Assembly: GCF_009914755.1 (NCBI RefSeq)
Contig: NC_060931.1
Source of the DNA: the human T2T-CHM13v2.0 reference genome, Homo sapiens
Reading direction: 5' to 3' (one strand)
DNA length: 64,000 nt
This document shows positions 1 through 14,851 of the stretch, in pieces (within the stretch, counting starts at the first letter, position 1; each line of letters opens with the position of its first letter). The notes under the pieces are model-generated. The model was given only the letters and a program-made list of their open reading frames with translations. It made no database searches and had not been told where the DNA came from. The position numbers and the translations under genes were made by a program.

Positions 1-3000
1 ATGGTAAAAAAGGAAATATCTTCAGATAAAAACTAGAAAGAAGCTTTCTGGGAAACCGCTTTGTGATGTGTGCATTCATCTCACATAGTTAAGGATTTCA
101 GTTGATTCAGATGTTTACAAACTTTGTTTTTGTCCATTCTGCAAATGGGCATTTGAAGGCTGAATGAGGCCAATGGAGGAAAAGTGAATATTCCACGATA
201 AAAATTGGAAGGAAGCTATCTGAGAAACCACTTTGTGATGTGTGCATTCATCTCACAGAGTTAAACCTTTCTTTTCATTCAGCCATTTGGAAACACTGTT
301 TTCGTAGAATATGCGAAAGGATATCTGTGAGTGAATTGAGGCCTATGGTGAAAAAGGAAATATCTTCAGAAAAAAACTAGAAAGAAGCTTTCTGTGAAGT
401 GGCTTTGTGATGTGTGCATTCATCTCACGTCTTTAACTCTTCCTGTGAATTCAGCACTATGCAAACACTGTTTTTGTCCATTCTGCGAATGGACATTTGG
501 GGGCTCATTGAGGCCAATGGTGAAAAAGCAAATATCCCAGGATAGCAATTACAAGGAAACTCTTGAGAAACCAATTTGTGATGTCTCAATTCATCTCACA
601 GAGTTAAACCTTTCTTTTCATTCAGCAGTTTGGAAATTCTATTTTCATAGGATCTGCGAAGTGATATCTGGGAGTGCATTGAGACCTATGGTGAAAAAGA
701 AAATATATTCAGATAAAATCGATGGAACATTTCTAGGAAATGCTTGGTGAAATGTGCATTCATCTCACAGAGTTAAAACTTTCTGTGGATTTAGTATTTT
801 GCAAACACTGTTTTTGTCCAATCTGCGAATGGACACTTGGGAGCTCATTGAAGCCCATAGTGAAAAGTTGAATATTCCAGGATAAAAATAAAAAGAAGCT
901 ATCTAAGAAACTGCTTTGTGATGCGTGCATTCACCTCACAGGGTTAAAACTTTCTTTTCATACAGTAGTCTGTAAAAACTGTTTTGGCAGAATCCGCAAA
1001 GGGATATTTGGGAACACATTGAGGCTATGGTGAAAAAGAAAACGTCTTCTGATGAAAACTAGAAAGAAGCTTTCCAAGAAATTGCTTTGGGATGTGTGCA
1101 TTCATCTCACAGAGGTAAACCTTTCTGTCAATTCATCAGGTTGGAAACATTGTTGTTGGAGAATCTGCAAAGGGATATTTGGGAGCTCACTGAGGCCAAT
1201 GGCAATAAAGCAAATATCCCAGGATTAAAACTGGAAGGAAGCTATCTGAGAAACTGCTTTCTGATGTGTGCAGTCATCTTGCAGAGTTAAACCTTTCTTT
1301 TCATTCAGCAGTTTGGAAACACTCTTTTCATAGGATCTGCGAAGGGATATCTGGGAGTGCATTGAGGCCAATATTGAAAAAGGAAATATTTTCAGATAAA
1401 AACTAGAAAGAAGATTTCTAAAAAACTGTTCGTGGTGTGTGCATTCATCTCACAGAGTTAAATATTTCCCTGGACTCAGCACTTAGGAATCATTGTTGTG
1501 GTAAAATCCGTGAAGGGATATTTGGGAGCTTAACAAGGCCAACAGCGAAAAAGTGAGTATACCAGGAAGAAAACTAGAAGGAAGTTATCTGAGAAACTGC
1601 TTTGTGATGTGTGCATTCGTCTCTCAGACATATTTGGGAGCATATTGAGGCCTATCATGAAAAAGGAAATACATTCAGATAAAAGCTAGAGAGAAGCTTT
1701 CTGACAAACAGTTTTGTGATGAGTGCATTCACCTCACAGAGTTAAACTTTTCTTTCAATTGAGCAGTTTGGAAACAATGTTGTTGTAGAATCTGCAAAGG
1801 GATATTTGAGAGCTTAATGAGGCTAAAGGGGAAAAACTGAATACCCCAGGAAAAAAAACTATAAGGAAGCTGTCTGAGAAACTGCATCTTGATGTATTCA
1901 TTCACCTCACAGAGTTAAAACCTTCTTTTTATTCAGCAGTCTGGAAACACTGTTTTGGCAGAATCCATGAAGGAATATTTGAGAGCACATTGAGGCTTAT
2001 GGTGAAAAAGGAAATATCTTCAGATAAAAACTAGAAAGAAGCTTAATGAGAAACTGGCTTGGGATGTGTGCATTCACCTCAGAGCATGAAATCTGTCTTT
2101 GGATTCAGCAGTCTGGAAACACAGTTTTTGTCCATTCCTGGAACGGACATTCCAGAACTCAATGAGGCCAATGGCAAAGAAAGCAAACATCCCAGGATAA
2201 AAACTAGAAGGAAGTTATCTGAGAAACCAATTCATGATGTGTACATTCACCTCACAGAGTTGAACCTTTATTTGCATTCGGCAGTTTGCAAACACTGTTT
2301 CTGTCTATTCTGTGAATGGACGTTTGGGAGCTCATTGAAGCCAATGGCAAAAAAGTGAATATCCCAGGATAAAAACTAGAGGGAAGTTATCTGAGAAAAT
2401 GCTTTGCAATGTGTGCATTCATCTACCAGAGTTAAACTTTTCTTTTCATTTAGTGGTTTGGAAACACCGTTTTCTTAGAATCTGCAAAGAGATATTTGGT
2501 AGTGCATTGTTGCCCATGGTGAAAAAGGAAATATCTTCAGACTAAAAACTAGCAAGAAACTTTCTGAGAAACTGCTTTGTGATATGTCCATTCATCCAAC
2601 AGAGTTAAGCCTTTCCTTGGATTCAGCAGTTTTTTAACACTGTTTTTTTTTTCATTCTGAGAAAGGACTTTTGGGAGTTCATTGAAGCCAATGGCAAAAA
2701 AGCAAATATCCCAGGATTAAAAGTAGAAGGAACCTATCTGAGAAACTGCTTTGTGATGTGTGCATTCATCTAGTAGAGTTAAACCTTTCTTTTCATTCAG
2801 GAATTCGGAAGCACTGTTTATGTAGAAACTGTGAAAGGATATTTGGCAGTGCATTGAGGCCTATGGTTAAAAAGGAAATATCTTCAGATAAAAACTAGAG
2901 AGAAACCTCTTAGTAATGGTTCATTCACCTCACAGAGTAAAACGTTTTCTTTGGATTTAGCAGTTTGGAAATACTGTTTTTTTCCATTCTGAGAATGGAC

Positions 3001-5253
3001 ATTTTGAAGCTCATTGAGGCCAATGGCAAAAAAGTGAACCTCCCAGGATAAAAACTTGAAGGCAGTTATCTGAGAAACCGATTTGTGATGTGTACATTCA
3101 TCTCACAGAGTTAAAACTTTCTTTTCATTCAGCTGTTTAGAAACACTGTTTTCTTAGAATCTACCAAGAGATATTTCAAACAATTATGGAGGCCAATGGT
3201 GAAAAAGGAAATATCTTCAGATAAAAACTAGAAAGAAGCTTAATGAGAAACTGGTTTGGGATGCATGCATTCACCTCAGAGAGTGAAATCTGTCTTTGGA
3301 TTCGTCAGTTTGGAAACATGTTTTTGTCCATTCTTGGAATGGACATTTGGGAACTCATTTAGGCCAAGTGCAAAAAAGTGAATATCCCCAGATAAAAACT
3401 AGAAAGAAGTTATCTGAGAAACAAATTCATGATGTGTACATTCATCTCACAGAGTTAAACGTTTCCTTGCATTCAGCAGTTTGGACAAACTGATTTCGTG
3501 GAATCTGAGAAGAGATATTTCATAGCACTTTGAGGCCTATGGTGAAAAGGGATATATCTTCAGATAAAAAGTAAAAGGAAGGTTTCTGAGAAACTGCTTT
3601 GTGATGTGTTCATTCATCCCACAGAATTAAAACTTTCTTGGATTCAGCAGTTTGGAAACACTGTTTCTGTCAATTCTGTGAATGGACATTTGGGAGCTCA
3701 TTGAGGCCATTGTGGAAAAAGTGAGTATCCTGGGATCAAAACTAGAAGGACTTTATATGAGAAACTGATTCATGATGTTTGCATTCATCTCATTTGGATT
3801 CAGCATTTTGGAAACACTGTTTGTGTCCATTCTGTGAATGAAAGCTTGGGAGCTCATTGAGGCCAATGGCAAAAAAGTGAATATCCCAGGTTACAAACTA
3901 GAAGGAAGCTATCTGAGAAACTGCTTTGTGATGTGTGCACTCATCTCGCAGAGTTAAACCTTTCTTTTCATTCAGCAATTTGGAAACACTGATTTCTTAG
4001 AATGTGCGAAGAGATATTTTGTAGCACATTGAGGCCCATGGTGAAAAAGGAAATATCTTCAGATAAAAACGAGTAAGAAGCTTATTGAGAAACTACTTTG
4101 CAATGTGTTCATTCATCTCATAGAGTTAAATATTCCTTGGATTCAGCAGTTTCAAAATATTGTTTTGGTCCATTCTGCGAATGGACATTTAGGATGTCAT
4201 TGAGGCCTTTGGTGAAAAAGCGAATATCTCAGGATAAAAACTTGAAGAAAGTTATCTGAGAAACTGATTTGTGATGTGTGCATTCATCTCACAGAGGTAA
4301 ATCTTTCTTTGCACTAAACAGTTTAGAAACACTGTTTTCTAAGAATCTCCAAGAGATATTTAGAAGAGTATGGAGGCCAATGGTGAAAAACGAAATAGCT
4401 TCAGATAAAAACTAGAAAGAAGCTTAATGAGAAACTGGTTTGGGATTTGTGCATTCACTTCAGAGAGTGAAATCTGTCTTTGGATTCAGCAGTTTGGAAA
4501 CACAGTTTTTGTCCATTCTGGGAATGGACATTTGGGAACTCATCAAGGCCAATTGTGAAAAAGCAAATATCCCAGGATAAAAACTAGATGGAAGTTATCT
4601 GAGAAACCAATTCATGATGTGTGCATTCATCTCACAGAGTTAAACCTTTCTTTGCTTTCAGCAGTTTGGAAACACTGTTTCTGTCAATTCTGCAAATAGA
4701 CATTTGGGAGCTCATTTAAGCCAATGGCAAAAAAACGAATATCCCAGGATAAAAACTAGAAGGAAGTTATCTGAGAAACTGATTCATGATGTGTCCATTC
4801 ACCTCACAGAGTTAAACCTTTCTTTCCATTCAATAGTTTGGAGACATTGAATTGTGAGAATTTGTGAAGGTATATTTGATAACGAATTGAGGCCTATGGT
4901 GAAAAAGGAAATATCTTCAGATAAAAACTAGAAAGAAGCTTAACGAGAAACTCGTTTTGGTTGTGTGCATTCAACTCACAGATTTAAAACTGTCTTTGGA
5001 TTCAGCAGTTTGGTAACACTGTTTTTGTCCATTCTGTGAATGTACGTTTGGGAGCTCATTGAGGCCAATGGTGAAAAATAGAATATCTCAGGATAAAAAC
5101 TAGAATGAAGTTATTGGAGAAACTGCTTTGTGATGTGTGCATTCATCTCACAGAGTAAAACCTTTCTTTTCATTCAGCAATTTGGAAACAGTGTTTTCAT
5201 AGAATCTGCAAAGGGATATCTGTGAGTGCATTGAGACCTATGGTGAAGAAGGA
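1..5253 (+). repeat. Alpha satellite, divergent dimeric-type array (majority orientation, called + here)
   Basis: Tandem ~171-bp units with core GAGAAACTGCTTTGTGATGTGTGCATTCATCTCACAGAGTTAAAC. Two types alternate: CTATGGTGAAAAAGGAAATATCTTCAG (A) and CCAATGGYRAAAAAGTGAATATCCCAGG (B). Confidence 0.97.
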
Positions 5254-5544
5254 GCCCAGGCACGGTGGCTCAAGCCTGTAATCCCAGCACTTTGGGAAGC
5301 TGAAGCAGTGGATCACGAGGTCAGGAGATAGAGACCTTCCTGGGTAACATGGTGAAACCCCATCTCTACTAAAAATAGAAAAAAATTAGCCACGTGCGGT
5401 GGCAGGCACCTGCAGTCCCAGCTACATGGGAGGCTGAGGCAGGACAATGGCATGAACTGGGGAGGCAGAGCTTTCAGTCAGCTGAGATCACCCCTGCACT
5501 CCAGCATGGTGACAGCGTGAGACTCCATCTCAAAAAATAAAAAA
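5254..5544 (+). mobile_element. Alu SINE, AluY-type diagnostics, heavily diverged
   Basis: Full dimeric Alu from GCCCAGGCACGGTGGCTC to GAGACTCCATCTC plus A-tail. Y-type features: GGATCACGAGGTCAGGAGAT, AATGGCATGAAC, GAGCTT(T)CAGT. Interrupts an A-box; the TSD is degenerate (about AAGGA). Confidence 0.95.
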
Positions 5545-8500
5545 GGAGAAAAGATAAAGGAAATAATCTTCAGATAAACACTAGAAAGAAGCTTTCTGAG
5601 AAACTGCTTTGTGATGTGTGCATTCATCTCACAGAGTTAAGCCTTTCTTTGGATTCAGCAGTTTAGAAACACTGTTGTTGTAGAATCTGTAAAGGGATAT
5701 TTGGGAACTCATTGAGGTCAATGGTGAAAAAGTGAATACCTCAAGATAAAAACTAGAAGGAAGTTATCTAAGAAACCGCTTTGGATGTGTGCATTTATCT
5801 CACAGAACTAAAACTTTCTTTTCATTCAACAGTGTGGAAACAGTGTTTTGGCAGATTCCATGAAGGGATATTTAGGAGCTCATTGAGGAGTAAGGTTAAA
5901 AAGGAAATATCTTCAGATTAAAACTAGAAAGAAGCTTTCTAAGGAACTGCTTTGAGAAGTGTGCACTCTTCTCACAGAGTTAAAACTTTCTGTAAATTCA
6001 GCAGTTTGCAAACACTATTATTGTAGAATCTGCATACAGACATTTGGGAACTCATTGAGGTCAAAGGTGAAATGTGAATATCCCATGATAAAACTGGAAA
6101 GAAACTATGTGAGAAACCTCCTTGTGATGTGTGCACACACCTCACACAGTTAAACCTTTCTATTCATTCAGCAGTTTGGAAGCACTATTTTTGTAGAATC
6201 TGCAAAGGGGATATGTAGTAGTGCATTGAGTCCAGTAGTGAAAAAGGAAATATCTTCAGATAAAAATTAGAAAGGAGCTTTCTGAGAAACTGCATCATGA
6301 TGTGTGCATTCATCTCACAAAGTTAAACTTTCTCTGGATTCAGCAGTTTGGAAACACTTCTGTTGTAGAATCTACAAAGAGATATTTGGGAGCTTAATGA
6401 GGCCAAAATGGTAAAACTTAATATCCCAGGAAAAAAAACTAGAAGAAAGCAATCTGAGAAACCGTTTTGTGATGTGTGCTTTCATTTCTCAGAATTAAAA
6501 CTTTCGTTTAAAACTTTCTAGTGGATTCAGCAGTTTGAAACCTGTTTTTGCCCATTCTGCAGATGGATATTTGGCAGCTCAATGAGGCCAAAGGTGAAAA
6601 AGTGAATATCCCAGGATAAAAACTAGAAGGAAGCTATCTTGAGAAACCTCTTTATGATGTGTGCATTCACCTCTCAGAGTTAAAACTTTCTTTTCATTCA
6701 GCAGTTTAGAAACTCTGTTTTTCTAGATTCTGTGAAGAGATATCTGGGAGTGCATTGAGTCCTATGGTGAAAAAGGAAATATCTTCAGATAAAAACTAGA
6801 AAGAAGCTTTCTGAGAAACTGCTTTGTGATGTGTGTATTCATCTCACAGAGTTAAACCTTTCTTCAGATTCACCAATTTGGAACCACTGTTGTAGAATCT
6901 ATGAAGGGATATTTGGGATCTCTTTTAGGATAAAGGTGATAAAGCAAATATCTCAGGATAAAAACCAGAAAGTAGCTATCTGAGAAACCTCTCAGTGATG
7001 TGTGCATTCACCTCAAAGTGATAAAGCTTTGTTTTCATTCAGTAGTCAGGAAACACTGCTTTTTCAGAATCTGAGAAGGGATATTTGGGAGCACATTGAA
7101 TCTTATGGTGAAAAAGGAAATATCTTCAGATGAAAACTAGAAAGAAGCATTCTGAGAATCTGCTTTGTGATGTGTGCATTCATCTCACACAGATAAATAT
7201 TTCTGTGGATTCAGCAATTTGCAAACACTGTTTTGTCCATTCTATGAATGGACATTTGGGAGCTCACTGAGGCCAGTGGTGAAAAAGTGAATATCTGAGG
7301 ATAAAAAATAGACAGAAGACATCTGAGAAGCTGCTTTGTCATTTGTGCATTCACCTCACATAGTTAAAACTTTCTTTTCATACAGCAATTTGGAAACACT
7401 GTTTTGGCAGAATCCACCAAGGGATATTTGGGAGCACATTGAGGCCTATGGTGAAAAACTAAATATCTTCAGATAAAAACTAGAAAGAAGCTTTCTGAGA
7501 AACTGCTTTGTGATGTGTGCATTCATCTACCAGAGTTAAACCTTTCTTTGGATTCAGCAGTTTGGAAACATTGCCGTTGTAGAATCTGTGAAGGGATATT
7601 TAGGAATTCTTTGAGGCCAATGGCAAAAAAGCAAATATCCTAGGATAAAAACTAGAATAAATCTATCAGAGAAACCAGTTTGTGGTGTGTCAATTCATCT
7701 CAGAGAGTTAAACTTTTCTTTTCATTCAGCTGTTTGGAAACACTGCTTTCGTAGAATGTGCAAAGGAATAGCTGGGAGTGTATTCAGGTCTGTGGTGAAA
7801 AAGGAAATACCTTCAGATAAAAACTAGAAAGAATCTTTCTGAAAAACTGCTTTGTGATTTTTGCATTCATCTCACAGGTTTAAACCTTTCTCTGGATTCA
7901 GCAGTTTGCAAACACTGTTTTTGTCCATTGTGTGAATGGTCATTTGGGAGCTCACTGAGGAAAATGGTGAAACAGGGAATATCCCAGGATAAAAACTAGA
8001 AGGAAACTATCTGAGAAACCACTTTGTGATGTGTGCATTCAACTCACAGAGATAAAACTTTCCCTTATTTCAGCAGCTTGAAAACACTGTTATTGTAGAA
8101 TCTGCAAAGTTGTATTTGGGAGCACAATGAGGACTATGATTAAAAACAAATATCTTCAGAAAATCTAGAAGGAAGCTAACTGAGAAACCACTTTGTGATG
8201 TGTGAATTCATCTCACAGAGTTAAACCTGTCTTTGAATTCAGTAGTTTGGTAGCACTGTTTTTGCCCATTCTTTAAATGGACATTTGGGAGCTCATTGAG
8301 GCCAATGGCAAAGAAAGTGTATATCCCAGGAAAAAAACTAGAAGGAAGCTATCTGAGAAACCACTTTGTAATATATGCATTCACTGCTAAGACTTAAAAG
8401 TTTATTTTCCTTCCACAGTTTGGAAACACTGTTTTCATAGAATCTGCAAGGTTAAATTGGGGAGTGCATTTTCTAAGAAACCGCTTCATGATGTGTGCAT

Positions 8501-8820
8501 ACATCTCACAGTGATGAAACTTTCCGTGGATTTAACTGTTTGCAAACACTGTTTTTGCCTATTTTGCAAATGGACATTTGGGAGATCATTGAGGCCAATG
8601 ACAAAAAAGCAAATATCCTAGGGAAAAACTAGAAGGAAGCTATCTGAGAAACAGTTTTTTGATGTGTGCGTTCATCTCACAGAGTTAAAATTTTCTTTTT
8701 ATTCAGCAGTCTGGAAACACTCTTTTGGCATAATTTGCGAAGGGATATTTGGGAGCTAATTGAGGCCTATGGTGTAAAAAGAAATATCTTCAGAAAAAAA
8801 CTAGAAATAAACCTTCTGAG
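5545..8820 (+). repeat. Alpha satellite, divergent dimeric-type array
   Basis: Same A/B alternation, resuming in register after the Alu. Confidence 0.97.
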
Positions 8821-9727
8821 GAGGGAGGAGCCAAGATGGCTGAATAGGAAGAGCTCTGGTCTACAGCTCCCAGAGTGAGCGATGCAGAAGACGGGTGATT
8901 TCTGCATTTCCATCTGAGTTACCAGGTTCATCTCACTAGGGAGTGCCAGACAGTGGGTGCAGGTCAGTGGGTGCGTGCACCGTGTGCAAGATGAAGCAGG
9001 GTGAGGCATTGCCTCACTCAGGAAGTGCAAGGGATCAGGGAGTTCCCTTTCCTAGTCAAAGAAAGGGGTGACGGACGGCACCTGGAAAATCGGGTCACTC
9101 CCACCCGAATACTGTGCTTTTACAACAGGCTTAAAACACGTTGTACCACGAGATTATATCACGCACCTGGCTTGGAGGGTCCTACGCCCACAGAGTCTTG
9201 CTGATTGCTAGCACAGCAGTCTGAGATCAAACTGCAAGGTGGCAGCCAGGCTGAGGGAGGGGCGCCCGCCATTGCCCAGGCTTGATTAGGTAAACAAAGC
9301 AGCCGGGAAGCTCAAACTGGGTGGAGCCCACCACAGCTCAAGGAGGCCTGCCTGCCTCTGTAGGCTCCACCTCTGGGGGCAGGGCACAGACAAACAAAAA
9401 GACAGCAGTAACCTCTGCAGACTTAAATGTCCCTGTCTGACAGCTTTGAAGACAGCAGTGGTTCTCCCAGCATGCAGCTGGAGATCTGAGAATGGGCAGA
9501 CTGCCTCCTCAACTGGGTCCCTGACTCCTGACCCCCGAGAAACTTAACTGGGAGGCACCCCCCAGAAGGGGCACACTGACACCTCACACAGCAGGGTATT
9601 CCAACAGACCTGCAGCTGAGGGTCCTGTCTTCTAGAAGGAAAAATAACAAACAGAAAGGACATCCACACCAAAAACCCATCTGTACATCGCCATCATCAA
9701 AGACCAAAAGTAGATAAAACCACAAAG
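8821..9727 (+). promoter_or_regulatory. L1 5'UTR with internal sense and antisense Pol II promoters
   Basis: YY1 core CAAGATGGC near 8832. Short form lacking the ~129-bp segment (CAGGGTA|TTCCAACAGACC near 9598). Many CpGs decayed. Confidence 0.8.
9159..9272 (-). pseudogene. ORF0: L1 antisense ORF0, truncated at codon 38
   Basis: Manual translation MAGAPPSAWLPPCSLISDCCASNQQDSVGVGPSKPGA* matches the primate ORF0 N-terminus; premature TGA at 9161-9159. Confidence 0.8.
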
Positions 9728-10744
9728 ATGGGGAAAAAACAGAACAGAAAAGCTGGCAACTCTACAAAGCAGAGCACCTCTCCTCCTCCAAAGGAATGCA
9801 GTTCCTCACCAGCAATGGAACAAAGCTGGATGGAGAATGACTTTGACGAGTTGAGAGAAGAAGGCTTCACATGATCAAATTACTCTGAGCTACGGGAGGA
9901 CATTCAAACCAAACGCAAAGAAGTTGAAAACTTTGAAAAAAATTTAGAAGAATGTATAACTAGAATAACCAATACAAAGAAGTGCTTAAAGGAGCTGATG
10001 GATCTGAAAACCAAGGCTCAAAAACTACGTGAAGAATGCAGAAGCCTCAGGAGCCGATGTGATCAACTGGAAGAAAGGGTACCAGCAATGGAAGATGAAA
10101 TGAATGAAATGAAGTGAGAAGGGAAGTTTAGAGAAAAAAGAATAAAAAAAAATGAGCAAAGCATCCAAGAAATATGGGACTATGTGAAAAGACCAAATCT
10201 ACGTCTCATTGGTGTACCTGAAAGTGATGGGGAGAATGGAACCAAGTTGGAAAACACGCTGCAGGATATTATCCAGGAGAACTTCCCCAATCTAGCAAGG
10301 CAGGCCAACATTCAGATTCAGGAAATACGGAGAACACCACAAAGATACTCCTCGAGAAGAGCAACTCCAAGACACATAATTGTCAGATTCACCAAAGTTG
10401 AAATGAAGGAAAAAATGTTAAGGGCAGCCAGAGAAAAAGGTCGGGTTACTCTCAAAGGGAAACCCATCAGACTAACAGCAGATCTCTCAGCAGAAACCCT
10501 ACAAGCCAGAAGAGAGTGGGGGCCAATATTCAACATTCTTAAAGAAAAGAATTTTCAATCCAGAATTTCATATCCAGCCAAACTAAGATTCATAAATGAA
10601 GGAGAAATAAAACCCTTTACAGACAAGCAAATGCTGAGAGATTTTGTCACCACCAGGCCTGCCGTAAAAGAGCTCCTGAAGGAAGCGCTAAATATGGAAA
10701 GGAACAACAGGTACCAGCCGCTACAAAATCATGCCAAAATGTAA
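9728..10744 (+). pseudogene. ORF1: L1 ORF1p (RNA-binding chaperone), disrupted
   Basis: 1017 bp, normal length. In-frame TGA at codon 49 (9872) and codon 130 (10115). ORF-track peptide KRPNLRLIGVPE...QNHAKM is the RRM-CTD. Confidence 0.95.
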
Positions 10745-10792
10745 AGACCATCGAGACTAGGAAGAAACTGCATCAACTAATGAGCAAAATAA

Positions 10793-14635
<3,843 letters not shown>

Positions 14636-14851
14636 ACAATGAGATCACATGGACATAGGGAGGGGAATATCACACTCTGGGGACTGTTGTGGGGTAGGGG
14701 GAGCGGGGAGGGATAGTATTGGGAGACATATCTAATGCTAGATGACGAGTTAGTGGGTGCAGCACACCAGCATGGCACATGTATACATATGTAAGTAACC
14801 TGCACAATGTGCACATGTACCCTAAAACTTAAAGTATAATAATAATAAAAA

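Noticed and set aside
5268-5280. CTCAAGCC in the Alu as an Old World monkey diagnostic
   Set aside because: A single change at a CpG site; other positions and the L1PA2-like element indicate a hominid genome.
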